DNA of 64,000 nucleotides from Phormidesmis sp. (GTDB taxonomy: Bacteria; Cyanobacteriota; Cyanobacteriia; Leptolyngbyales; Leptolyngbyaceae), in NCBI GenBank assembly GCA_965248535.1, contig CBDFJR010000002.1, positions 2,368,001 through 2,432,000 on the forward strand. Direction: 5' to 3'. The notes beneath the pieces were generated by a model. The model was not told the origin of the DNA and did no database searches. It saw only the letters and a program-made list of their open reading frames with translations. Position numbers and translations under genes: made by a program. Positions 10,880 to 20,390 of this stretch are shown here, one piece after another; the stretch's first letter is position 1; every line of letters begins with the position of its first letter.

Positions 10880-11095
10880 TCATCTCGATCGCTTGTTGTT
10901 AGTGAGTGTGTTAATGAGAGTAGCGATCGCACGAATTAAACCTGCCGTAGCGTTGATGGGCTTTTCGGTAGTGCCGAGAAATAGAGTCAGGACGAGCACC
11001 CAGGAGAGCGGATTGGTTGGGTCAATCGGAATCTGGGGCAAAGTCGTGGGGAGTTGAGGCTCGATCGATTGAATGGGTTGGTGGGAGTTTGACAT
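10880..11095 (-). CDS. Small membrane protein (71 aa), divergent from the CHAT-TPR gene
   Basis: MSNSHQ... from ATG 11095 with hydrophobic PLSWVLVLTLFLG. Confidence 0.55.
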   Translation of the reverse strand: MSNSHQPIQSIEPQLPTTLPQIPIDPTNPLSWVLVLTLFLGTTEKPINATAGLIRAIATLINTLTNNKRSR

Positions 11096-11230
11096 GATTG
11101 AGAACCTTTTGAATTTCGACACTTCAAGGCTATGAGGACTGAGCGCGACAAAAAATACCCAACTGATCGAAGGTTTGTGGATTATGGTAGAAACTACGTA
11201 GAAGATTGATACTTGTGAGACAGTGTGCTT

Positions 11231-12850
11231 ATGGAATGGGTGGAATTTCTGGAGGAGGTGGCAACAGAACACGAACTCTCCACTGATCAGAAGCAAGCTT
11301 TCATTGCACGGTTTGACCTTAAGAATTCTGCCAAGACCGAGAAACAGATTGCGAACCAAACGAAAGACAGCGAGGGTAACGATCTCTTCGCGGGAGAGGC
11401 TGCGTTCAAGAAGCTGATGACCCAGGTGTATCGCAAGCTACAACCGCTTTGTCCAGAACTGGAAACCTCATCGCGAGGAAAACAGCCGAAGCTAAAAGCT
11501 TTCTTGCAGGCAAAGTTTAAGCAGCGTCAGTCGATTCCAGATCCGCCCATTCCTAGAAGTAGCTCAGAAGCGATTCCTGAATCCTCCACACTTGAGTTGC
11601 CCCCGCTCAGAAATCAACAGAATATACCAGGCAATGGGCAGGGAATCCAGATCAACGACGCACAAGCGCCAGTCATAGCTGGTGCTAATCCAGTGGTGAA
11701 CATACATCTACGTGAGGGTAGGGCTGACACTTATAAAAAGACAATTTTGATGTTAGCAGCTAGTCCTGAAAGCGCTACAAAGCCACGATGGAGAGAAGAA
11801 CTCAAAAAAATTAGGGGCGCGGTAGATAGAGCTAAAAGCGATGGAAGATTTGAAGTACAAGACAGGTCTTATATAGGCTCATCCGATCTGTCTGAGGAGC
11901 TAACAAAGCTCACACCTTTTGTTATTCACATTTCTGGATGTGTAGATGGAGTCGAGAGGCTATTTCTCAAAGATACTGGTCAAAATATTGACAATAGTAG
12001 CCGAAAGGAATTGATAGGTGATCTGTTCAAGGAGCACGTAGAGGCAAAGAAAATAGATTGTGTCATTCTGAGCGGCTGCTACCTAGAAGAACAGACTAGA
12101 GAAATTGTTCAGCATATTAACTTCGTAATTGGAATTACTGCTGATCTCGAAGAAGTACACGCTGTCCAATTTCTAAATGAATTCTATTATCAGCTAGCTT
12201 CAGGTCGAGAAATAGAGGCTTCATATCGTCTCGGTTATAACCTTATTAAAAGAGAAGGTTGTTCTGAAGAACTTTCCTTACCCCGACTTTTTACTAAAAA
12301 TGATGAGGTAAGACGTAGAGATTTAGAAAAAGAGTTAGATATTTGCCTTAAGCAGATAGAGAAGGATCCGAGCAATGTACAACTCCGGAAGAAGAAAGCC
12401 AGTCTATTAACAGATTTAGGTCGTATAGATGAAGTAGACGATGCCTATGAAAAAGTATCTTCACTTGATCCTGAAAACCCTAGCATTCGAGTTCAACAAG
12501 GAGATGCGCTAGAGCAATTAGGAGATCATAAGAAAGCAAATGCTGCTTATGAAAAAGCCCTTGAGCTAGACGAGAAAGATTACAAAGTTTGGTGGAAAAA
12601 GGCTAGAGTACTTGTCAAAGCTGGAAAGAATATGGAGGCTGGAGAATGTTACAAAAACGCTCTCTCGCTTCTGCCGCCTTCGCCAGACAATTATGTAATC
12701 TGTAGAGAATATGGTAATGCGTTAGGCAGACTGGAGCAATTTTACGAAAGTATACTGCTATACCAAACATCGCTGTGCTTACAGCCTAACTACCGCATTG
12801 CTAATCATGACAAGAAGCAGGTATACAAAAAAATCTACGCCAAAAAATGA
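11231..12850 (+). CDS. HTH-like N-terminus + CHAT (caspase-like) domain + TPR repeats; candidate retron effector
   Basis: CHAT-like KKTILMLAASP, VIHISGC, CVILSGCY, FVIGIT, AVQFLNEFY. C-terminal TPRs (AYEKALELDEKDYKVWWKKA). Confidence 0.8.
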   Translation: MEWVEFLEEVATEHELSTDQKQAFIARFDLKNSAKTEKQIANQTKDSEGNDLFAGEAAFKKLMTQVYRKLQPLCPELETSSRGKQPKLKAFLQAKFKQRQSIPDPPIPRSSSEAIPESSTLELPPLRNQQNIPGNGQGIQINDAQAPVIAGANPVVNIHLREGRADTYKKTILMLAASPESATKPRWREELKKIRGAVDRAKSDGRFEVQDRSYIGSSDLSEELTKLTPFVIHISGCVDGVERLFLKDTGQNIDNSSRKELIGDLFKEHVEAKKIDCVILSGCYLEEQTREIVQHINFVIGITADLEEVHAVQFLNEFYYQLASGREIEASYRLGYNLIKREGCSEELSLPRLFTKNDEVRRRDLEKELDICLKQIEKDPSNVQLRKKKASLLTDLGRIDEVDDAYEKVSSLDPENPSIRVQQGDALEQLGDHKKANAAYEKALELDEKDYKVWWKKARVLVKAGKNMEAGECYKNALSLLPPSPDNYVICREYGNALGRLEQFYESILLYQTSLCLQPNYRIANHDKKQVYKKIYAKK

Positions 12851-12882
12851 TAATGTTTACGTAGTGAGGTACTATCTACGGT

Positions 12883-13083
12883 AGAGCATCTGTAGAAACT
12901 ATTAATTTCCATTGACTAAGTGCGATGGTGTATTCCGAAGAAAACTATAGCCCCCACAGTTTAAAGTTCAAAGGGGTGCTACCCTTGTGTAGTGAGCTAC
13001 CACGGGTTAGGCAGAGAACGTAAATACGTTCTACAGATGTTCTGTTTCTTGTAAGAAAGAATCATTCAGTGGCTCTTCGCGAA
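12883..13083 (+). ncRNA. Putative retron msr-msd ncRNA
   Basis: ORF-free gap before the RT. 15-bp inverted repeat AGAGCATCTGTAGAA (12883-12897) / TTCTACAGATGTTCT (13029-13043) with one G-U pair, plus several internal hairpins. Ends uncertain. Confidence 0.6.
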
Positions 13084-13105
13084 AAGTTCCTGACTAGTTT
13101 TGAAA

Positions 13106-14221
13106 ATGTACATTCGCGGGTCTGAAGTCAGCTCAACGCTATTTCTATGTCAGAGCTGTGATGAGCTGAGAAAACTTTTTTTCGATCTCAAAGAACCAAG
13201 AGACGTAGCTGACCTCCTAGAAGTTTCTTATGGTAAGTTGATTTATCATATCTCAAGACTCCCTGAAAACAGGAGGTATGTAGATTTTTCAATCCTCAAA
13301 AAGTCGGGAAAATCTCGAATAATATCAGCTCCTTGTACACCATTGAAAATTTTACAGAGAAAGCTGAGTCAAGTTCTTTATAGTGTCTATGAACCGAAAG
13401 TGACCGTACATGGTTTTGTGCCTGCTAGAAGCATTTTGACAAATGCAGAACAGCACGTACACAAAAGGTTTATACTAAACATTGATTTAAAAGATTTTTT
13501 TCATAGTATCCATTTTGGACGAGTCCGAGGGATATTTACGAAGCCACCTTACAATCTTTCCAGCGAAGTTTCCACGACCTTGGCTAAAATTTGTTGCTAT
13601 TTGGGAAGGCTACCGCAAGGCGCTCCAACATCGCCAATCGTTTCTAATATGATCTGTGCGCGCATGGATAGCGAACTGCGAAAGTTGGCGCAAGAATTCA
13701 AATGCACATGCTACACAAGATATGCTGACGATATAACCTTCTCTACAACTCTATCAAAATTTCCAGGCGAACTAGCATATACAGAAATAGAGGTTGATAC
13801 GGATGTATCAAAAATTGCTTTAGGAGCAAGACTGAGATTGATAATTCAAAATAATGGTTTTGAAGTTAATGAGAGTAAGGTTCGACTACAGTACAAGAAT
13901 CAACATCAGGAAGTCACAGGCTTAACTGTTAATAAATTTCCTAATGTGAAACGGAGTTTTGTACGCGAAATTAGCTCCATGCTTTATGCCTGGGACAAAT
14001 TTGGATTAGAATCGACAGAGCAAAGATACCACGCTAAGTATGCTCAGGATATCGATAAATCTGGTCATAAACCCCCTCCGTTTAAAGAGATTCCTTCATT
14101 TGAGGAGGTATTGCGAGGAAAGATTAATTTTCTCGGTATGGTTAGAGGCAAAGATAACGAAATTTATCGCACGTACTCAGAATGGTTTCGTGCGCTTTCA
14201 AAAAGAGAGTCGGCTAATTAG
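13106..14221 (+). CDS. Retron-type reverse transcriptase
   Basis: KKSGKSRIISAP, HGF, retron region X NAEQH, DLKDFF, LPQGAPTSP, YTRYADDITFS, region Y VTGLTVN. Confidence 0.93.
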   Translation: MYIRGSEVSSTLFLCQSCDELRKLFFDLKEPRDVADLLEVSYGKLIYHISRLPENRRYVDFSILKKSGKSRIISAPCTPLKILQRKLSQVLYSVYEPKVTVHGFVPARSILTNAEQHVHKRFILNIDLKDFFHSIHFGRVRGIFTKPPYNLSSEVSTTLAKICCYLGRLPQGAPTSPIVSNMICARMDSELRKLAQEFKCTCYTRYADDITFSTTLSKFPGELAYTEIEVDTDVSKIALGARLRLIIQNNGFEVNESKVRLQYKNQHQEVTGLTVNKFPNVKRSFVREISSMLYAWDKFGLESTEQRYHAKYAQDIDKSGHKPPPFKEIPSFEEVLRGKINFLGMVRGKDNEIYRTYSEWFRALSKRESAN

Positions 14222-14305
14222 TAGTTGCAGCTTAACCTAGCATGACAGCGAGCTAGGCAATTTTCTGCACATTAGACAAAAACTGCTAGCTACTACCTCT
14301 CCTAG

Positions 14306-14437
14306 ATCGCTATCCTCAATACCATCTCTCACCGCAATCGCGCCACGCTGTATCCCACAATCGTACATCTCGGCGGAACCGCAGCCGTCCGAGGCATGGT
14401 CGATGCCATGCGCGAAGTCTGCAACCAGTGGAAGTAA
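14306..14437 (+). pseudogene. Orphan 3' end of a lost gene (...IVHLGGTAAVRGMVDAMREVCNQWK*); repeat copy 1
   Basis: No start codon. 14360-14437 matches 15476-15553 at 64/78 nt with no indels. Confidence 0.6.
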
Positions 14438-14487
14438 TGATAGAACGTTCAAGCAGGCTAAAATACAAACACTTTTCGAGGTGAATC

Positions 14488-14766
14488 ATGATTGAAATCA
14501 CGATCGAGGAAATCTCAGAAGATCTGTCCGCCTATCTACAGCGAGTTCAGGCAGGAGAAAGCTTTGTCGTGTTGCAAGCAGGAACCCCCGTTGCCCAAGT
14601 TGTGCCACCGCAGCCGAAAGTGAAATCGGATCGGGGAAAAGATTTTCTAGAATCCCTAGCCAAATTTCAAGAGGAGATGCTTGCTGAAGGGATTGATCTC
14701 GACCCCGACGAGATCTTTAAAGATGTCAGAGATCGCACTCCTGCCCCCGAACGTCCGAGGTGGTAG
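14488..14766 (+). CDS. Phd/YefM-family antitoxin
   Basis: LSAYLQRVQAGESFVVLQAGTPVAQVVP; GAGG RBS; overlaps the PIN gene. Confidence 0.85.
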   Translation: MIEITIEEISEDLSAYLQRVQAGESFVVLQAGTPVAQVVPPQPKVKSDRGKDFLESLAKFQEEMLAEGIDLDPDEIFKDVRDRTPAPERPRW

Positions 14767-15182
14767 ACTTGCGCTTTCTTCTTGACACGAACACGATCTC
14801 AGAACTATTCAGGCTTCAGCCCAACTCATCTATTGCAACAAAATACGCGCAAAATATCGATGATATTGCGATCGCATCTGTGACCTGGCATGAGCTACTT
14901 TACGGCTTTCATCGTTTACCAACTTCTCGAAGAAAAGAAGAATTGGGCTTCTTCCTGCGTCAGATTATCCGCCCCAACGTTTCGATCCTAGATTATGGTG
15001 AGGACGAAGCAGAGTGGTTCGCAAGTGAGCGGGCAAGGCTCACCGGAACGGGACGAATGCCTTCGTATGCAGACGGGCAAATTGCAGCAATCGCTGCTGT
15101 CCACAATCTTATTCTCGTCACTAGAAATGTTTCTGATTATTCTGATTTTTCAGGGTTAGCGATCGAGAACTGGTTTGAATGA
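14760..15182 (+). CDS. vapC: VapC/PIN toxin
   Basis: FLLDTNTISE, DGQIAAIA, LVTRNVSDY. Confidence 0.9.
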   Translation: MVDLRFLLDTNTISELFRLQPNSSIATKYAQNIDDIAIASVTWHELLYGFHRLPTSRRKEELGFFLRQIIRPNVSILDYGEDEAEWFASERARLTGTGRMPSYADGQIAAIAAVHNLILVTRNVSDYSDFSGLAIENWFE

Positions 15183-15348
15183 TTTTGCAGCGATCGCTGG
15201 ATGACATGAAAGATCTTTTGCGATCGCAGTAGTACCGATCAGGTTGACTTGGCTTGTCTAGTCACTCTACTTCGCAATTACTGAAAGCGACAGCAACTCC
15301 TTGGTCTCAAACCCGAATAAAAACAGCGGCTCATTCAACTCCTCAACA

Positions 15349-15471
15349 TTGCCTATTTTTGACTCACTCATCGCAGCCACCGCAATTCACTGGGGACTAC
15401 GCCTAGTCACTCGCAACGAAGAAGACTTCGACAGAACGGGACTCACGATTATGAGTCCGTTTAACCTTTAA
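15349..15471 (+). pseudogene. C-terminal remnant of a second PIN toxin
   Basis: Translates LPIFDSLIAATAIHWGLRLVTRNEEDFDRTGLTIMSPFNL*; no 5' part. Confidence 0.75.
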
Positions 15472-15475
15472 CTTG

Positions 15476-15553
15476 ATCGTACATCTCGGTGGAGAAGCCG
15501 CCATCAGAAGCATGGTCGATGCCATGCGCGACATCTGCCAACAATGGAAGTAG
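15476..15553 (+). repeat. Repeat copy 2 of the orphan gene end (IVHLGGEAAIRSMVDAMRDICQQWK*)
   Basis: 78-bp direct repeat of 14360-14437. Confidence 0.85.
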
Positions 15554-15677
15554 AAGATTTTGAATTTGAGGATGATTGAAAGAGATCCACCCTAACCGTT
15601 CCAATTAGTTCTGCCGAATTCTGAAGGATCGTGCCCTTCGCTATAATTCAAGCATGGCAATTGTGGGATGAAGATCA

Positions 15678-16058
15678 ATGCAAGCCTCCACCGAGCAACT
15701 CTTAAAAGCAATTGAGCAACTGCCTCAGCAGGAGTTGGATGCGTTCGTTGAGCAAGTTCTAAAACTTCGCGCTCAACGACAAGTTCCCCACCTACCGCAA
15801 CTAGAGTCCGAGCTATTGCTCAAAATTAACTATAGTCTTCCGACTTCATTGCGAACCAGATTTGGCGAACTCGTCGCCAAGCGGCAAGAACTCACCATCA
15901 CCGACGCAGAACTCGCAGAACTCATTGAGATCACCGACGCAAGTGAGCAACTCAATGCTGAAAGAATTGCAGCGATCTCTGAGTTAGCAAAATTAAGACA
16001 TCAAACTCTAGACCAGGTAATGCAAGATTTAGGAATTCACCCTCCTGCCTGTGTCTAA
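15678..16058 (+). CDS. Putative antitoxin/partner of the downstream HNH gene
   Basis: Helical 126-aa ORF overlapping the HNH start; common two-gene layout. Confidence 0.7.
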   Translation: MQASTEQLLKAIEQLPQQELDAFVEQVLKLRAQRQVPHLPQLESELLLKINYSLPTSLRTRFGELVAKRQELTITDAELAELIEITDASEQLNAERIAAISELAKLRHQTLDQVMQDLGIHPPACV

Positions 16059-16500
16059 CGATCGTGTCACAGCAGAACAGCGTCGGATCGTCATTGCCAG
16101 AGCCAAGCAATGCTGCGAATATTGCTACAGTTAGGTAAAATTTGCAACAGACTCATTTTCCGTAGAACACATCCTTCCGCGTAACAAAGGTGGAGCGACT
16201 GTCCTGGATAATCTGGCGTTATCTTGTCAAGGCTGCAATAACTTCAAGCACGTCAAAACGGAAGCACTTGGTCCTCCCAGGGAACAGGTTGTGCCTCTCT
16301 TTCACCCTCAACAACAAATCTGGCGAGAGCATTTTGTCTGGAATGACGACTATACCTTGGTGATTGGAATCACACCCATAGGACGGATCACGGTAAACGA
16401 ACTGAGGCTAAATCGGGCTGGACTAATGAATCTTCGCCGCGTTCTTTTTGCAACGAGTGAGCATCCGCCTCTTGATTCGCTTCCTCTGTCTGACTTATAA
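16051..16500 (+). pseudogene. HNH endonuclease interrupted by an in-frame TAG (16132-16134)
   Basis: From GTG 16051: CCEYCYS*VKF...VEHILPRNKGG...NLALSCQGCNNFK...PLFHP, all in one frame. Confidence 0.85.
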
Positions 16501-16539
16501 CGTCGATCGTGATGGCAACTTTTGAGACGCGGATCGAAC

Positions 16540-18285
16540 CTACCGCAGTTTCTGCCGGGTTTTCTGGCGCTGTCGTTGTTGAGCTTGATGTCTTCGAGAA
16601 GTGCGCTCCGGTTGATACGCTGCCTGAACTGTCAGTTTGATATAGGCATTCGTCTTATCATCTCCTTGAACCTCTCGCATCCACTGAACATACGGACTTT
16701 GCTGGAGCAGTTGATTGACGGCTTGCCGAAGTTCTCGTGAGGGTAACTTTTCTCGTTTTCCGTCTGAAATTGCCAGTCGCACCACTTTCTCATCCTGCTT
16801 AACGGGATTAGATTCGTTGATGCGACCGCAGTAATCCTGCCAATTTAGAATTATTTGTGGGGGTTGCTTTGCGTTGGCGGGAGAGGCTGACTGCTTTGGG
16901 GTGGCAGATATCGCAGCATCAGGACGACCGTGCAAGCCGTCGAGATTGCGTACATTGTCAGGAATCCGCAAATTCTGACCCATCCGGGCTTGATCGGAAT
17001 CGGCTGGCGGAGTTGATTCACTGATTCGGTTAGCTGCTTGACTTGTTTCTGCTGCTGTTGGCTCTGAATTGCTGACTGCTTGATGGCTTGCCGACTTTGA
17101 GTTTTGATTTCGGCAAGGTCTTGGTTGAGTTTGGTGTTTGTGGTTTGGAGAGACGCGATCGCTGCTTTGAGATCCTTAAGGATTTGCTGAGATATCGGCA
17201 GACTCTCCTGAAGTTCCTCCAAAATCAGATTCATCTGCGGTGTGATCGTCTCGTTCTGTTGCTGAAAGCTGAATAGATGCTGATATAGATTCTCTAGTTG
17301 AGTTTGAATCTGAGATTGATGGGTCTCCAATTGAGGTTGTAGCTGCCCCTCTGGAGTCAGATTCCTCACTGATTCCACTAAGGTTTGAATGGGTTTCAGC
17401 TTCGGTTCGAGTTGCTGAAGGAGTTCCAGATTGTCGATCAAGGTCTGAAGCGATTGAGTCGTTGGGACTGAGTTCTGTTTTTCTAATTTCGATTTGGCAG
17501 CTTGTCTCATTGCGTCGCTCATAATTTTCTCCTAGTTGGAATTGGACACGGTTCCAGGTATAGCGTTTGCCGAGTTTGTAGCCTGGGAAGGCGATGCCAT
17601 TAAGCTTGTAAGAAATGCCTGCGTTGCCTGTATTGACTTGGCGTAATCGGCTCTCGACTCCATAGTTCGCAAGGCGTTGTCTGAAGTCGTCTAAATCGGT
17701 TGAGGTTGAGAGTACATCGTCGATCGCGACTTGTAGCCGCACCCGAACACTCGGTTCTCCCGTCTGATGAAATTGGCGAACTTCATTCACCGTTGGCGCT
17801 GTTACGTCAGTTTCCCAACTCGACGGCACGGACTGAAGTTGGTAGTCCTGCTCTAGTTTGCGAAGCACGAGTTGCGCTTGGCGATAGTCGAGCCAGCCGT
17901 TGACCATCGTGCCGTCGAGCCGCGATCGGGCAATCACCAAATGCACATGATCGTGTTGTGTATCGGTGTGTCTGACCATCACGAATTGGTTGTTGTCAAA
18001 GCCCATTTCGATCAGGTAGTCTTTGGCGATCGCGTTCCACGTTTCCGCTTCTAGATTTCGCCCAACCTCAACGCTCAGACTGGTGTGGCAGACCACAACT
18101 TGGGCGAGATTGCGGGGCGATCGCCTTTGTTGACGTTGTACCGAGAGATTGAATTCAGCGACTAATTCTGAAAGAGCGATGCCTTCCATGTTGCCGCCGA
18201 TACGCTCGGCTCCGGTCTTGCTCAAGACATAGCGGAGACACCCGTAGAAATCCTGCCCTTTGGTGATTTTGGCAAGCATAGTCAA
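16540..18285 (-). pseudogene. MOBP/VirD2-like relaxase, 581 codons, with one internal TAA (17176-17178); relaxase domain intact
   Basis: HTSLS and HTDTQHDHVHLVI (HUH). ORFs 17176..18285 and 16540..16983 share a frame and are separated only by this stop. Confidence 0.8.
16851..17522 (-). CDS. MobB-like coiled-coil protein with C-terminal TM, nested in the relaxase gene
   Basis: AGGAG RBS before ATG 17522; Q/L-rich coiled coil; hydrophobic C-terminal segment. Confidence 0.7.
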   Translation of the reverse strand: MSDAMRQAAKSKLEKQNSVPTTQSLQTLIDNLELLQQLEPKLKPIQTLVESVRNLTPEGQLQPQLETHQSQIQTQLENLYQHLFSFQQQNETITPQMNLILEELQESLPISQQILKDLKAAIASLQTTNTKLNQDLAEIKTQSRQAIKQSAIQSQQQQKQVKQLTESVNQLRQPIPIKPGWVRICGFLTMYAISTACTVVLMLRYLPPQSSQPLPPTQSNPHK

Positions 18286-18668
18286 GGATGGTTGGATGTT
18301 TTCAGCACGCTTTGATGATGCAGTCCTGATTCTGTGGAGCAGACTCCCGCGATTTCAGCACGAACTTGATGAAGCAGAGTCATCAAGTCATTGAGAAATT
18401 GAAGGGTTTCAGCATCCGTTTGCAGTTGGGTCAGGGTGTCCCCAACTTTTCCGAGTTGTTGGTACGTCTCGATCGCAACGTCCGTCACCACAGGCATTGA
18501 TGGATCGTGAAAGCAGGCGTAGCGGACGTATCGGCTGAGAGGTCATTCCAGCACTTCGTGAGCTAGGGCTTCAAGCTGAGAGCGCTCTTGGAGTGAGAGA
18601 CGAACTTCCACTCGACAGCGGGGCAGAGTGCCGGGGCGAGGCGAAATTTGATCAAAATTTCCGGACAC
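18282..18668 (-). pseudogene. mobC: MobC-like relaxosome accessory protein with internal TGA (18543-18545)
   Basis: RVEVRLSLQERSQLEALAHE..*PLSRYVRYAC...YQQLGKVGDTLTQL (RHH plus LxxxGxNLNQ-like); overlaps the relaxase start. Confidence 0.7.
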
Positions 18669-18689
18669 GGCATTTGCTTGTTTGTGAAA

Positions 18690-18780
18690 AGCACGGTACT
18701 ATATCAGCATATCACCCGCCAACACGTTGTGGTGATGCCAAATCTAGAAATGATCTACGCTAAATATCAGCATCTACCCT
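18690..18780. promoter_or_regulatory. Candidate oriT/parC/divergent promoter region
   Basis: Lies between divergent mobC and parM. ATATCAGCAT occurs twice (18701, 18764); imperfect hairpin ATCACC..CAAC/GTTG..GGTGAT at 18711-18736. Confidence 0.35.
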
Positions 18781-18831
18781 TCAACCCTTGACCGCATCAT
18801 TGCTACGGCTCTATAAGAAGAGGCAAAACGA

Positions 18832-19921
18832 ATGATCGTGACTTCAATTGACTTGGGTAGCTCTTTAACGAAGAGCTTTTACTTAGACCACGGAATGCCT
18901 TGTCCATTAGTGATGGAACCCGAAATTGCTTCAGTGCAGCCTGAATTGCTCGATCGCTACCAGTCTGTGAACCAAGATGCCTATCCCGAAAAAGTGGCTT
19001 GGGTGCAGCTAGACGATGAAATTGCAGCCGTGGGACAACTTGCTCAAAATTTCGCAGGCGATATGGGATTGGTCGAGCGCAAAGAGCGACGCGCCATTCA
19101 CAAGATTCTGGCGGTTTTAGGATCAGTTCAAGAGCGACTTCAACTGAGTGAGCGCACTCCTGCAATCTTGTCCGTGATGTTGCCTGTGACGGAGTTTAGC
19201 GATCGCAGAAAACTCCAGTCCTCAATTCAGGAAGCTGCTGCGAATTTCACGTTTCGCGGAAAAGCCTTGTCGATCGAGTTCCAAAAGCTGCAAATCCTGC
19301 CTGAAGGGTTTGGCTTGTTCCTAACCTTACGGGCGGAACTGATCAAACAGCAGATTAATCCCAGGAATCGAAATATCTTGGTTCTGATGTTGGGACACCG
19401 AAACCTGAGCCTCTTGATTTTTCAGAATGGCGTTTTGCAGGACACCTCTCGCAGTGACGGTCCCGGATTCTTCAACGCGGTGAAAATTGCGGCATCGCTT
19501 CAAGGACTATCCGAAGGAACGCCACATCTTAACCGAAGCGATCGCAATGAATCACGCCAGCCTGCGAGTTGCAGGACAGCTAATGCCGATTAACCTTAAA
19601 GCGACCAATCTTGCCGCACGAGAAGGATACTGGAAACAGGTCAAAACCTATTTAGAAAACCATCTTCCCGGTGGTGAGTATGATGTGATCGTGGCAGGTG
19701 GAGCCGGGACAGTGATTGAGACTGAACTCAACACGCTGTTTCAGCAGATGGATTTACCAGGACGGCTGAGTTTTGGAGAAGGACTGAAGTATCAGCTTCA
19801 AGCGCTTTTGCAAGACAATCCTGACCTCCGCTCCCAACCCTCTTTGATCGCTCGTATGGCGGATTCTTACGCGGTGTTTGGGTCAACTTGGGCAGCTTAC
19901 CAAACCACAAACGCGGCTTGA
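18832..19921 (+). pseudogene. ParM/StbA actin-like partition ATPase, frameshifted near 19531
   Basis: SIDLGSSLTK, ILPEGFG, MLGHRN in frame 1; IVAGGAG in the next frame. Confidence 0.8.
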
Positions 19922-19937
19922 TTTGAGGAGATAAACC

Positions 19938-20378
19938 ATGCCAAGACGACCTGCGGACAAAAGCCAACTCAGTCCCAATTCAAAAGAGCGCGTCAGGTTT
20001 ACCTTTGAACCCGATCGCAACTCTCCCAATGGGATTTTGCTGTCTTGGATCTTGCACAAAGCTTACGATGGCAAAGAGAAAATGATGGCAGCAGGTCGCT
20101 CATTCTGGTTGCCCTTCGCGTATCAAGCAAGTGGCAAATACTCCAAAGCTGAACTTCGAGCCGTGGCAAACGAGTCCATCTGGCGACTGGAAGAACAGAT
20201 TCGATTCTTGCGTGAGAACTTTGAAATCGAAGCGCCGAGTCGAACTCCAACAGCACCCACGTCTCAGTCTCAGTCTGCTGACCCTGAACCTGAGAACGAC
20301 CCGAATCAATTTTTTGGGGATTTGGATCTTACGATCGAGGACGATATGTTGGGTAGCCTGGATGATGCAATGGGGTAG
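19938..20378 (+). CDS. Putative ParR-like adaptor
   Basis: GAGGAG RBS; directly after parM; acidic tail. Function inferred from position. Confidence 0.55.
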   Translation: MPRRPADKSQLSPNSKERVRFTFEPDRNSPNGILLSWILHKAYDGKEKMMAAGRSFWLPFAYQASGKYSKAELRAVANESIWRLEEQIRFLRENFEIEAPSRTPTAPTSQSQSADPEPENDPNQFFGDLDLTIEDDMLGSLDDAMG

Positions 20379-20390
20379 AAGGAGGGAGTC

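Noticed and set aside
10880..11359. 159-aa version of the minus-strand ORF
   Set aside because: The extension overlaps the CHAT gene antisense. ATG 11095 is more plausible.
13106..14221. Group II intron, DGR or CRISPR-associated RT
   Set aside because: It has retron NAxxH and VTG motifs. No maturase domain, no cas1, and no adenine-specific TR/VR pair is evident.
14394..15527. Integron attC sites
   Set aside because: No integrase in the window and no RYYYAAC/GTTRRRY ends; the stems are only 6 bp.
14360..15553. DGR template/variable repeat pair or IS ends
   Set aside because: Mismatches are not confined to adenines of one copy. The repeats are direct and there is no transposase.
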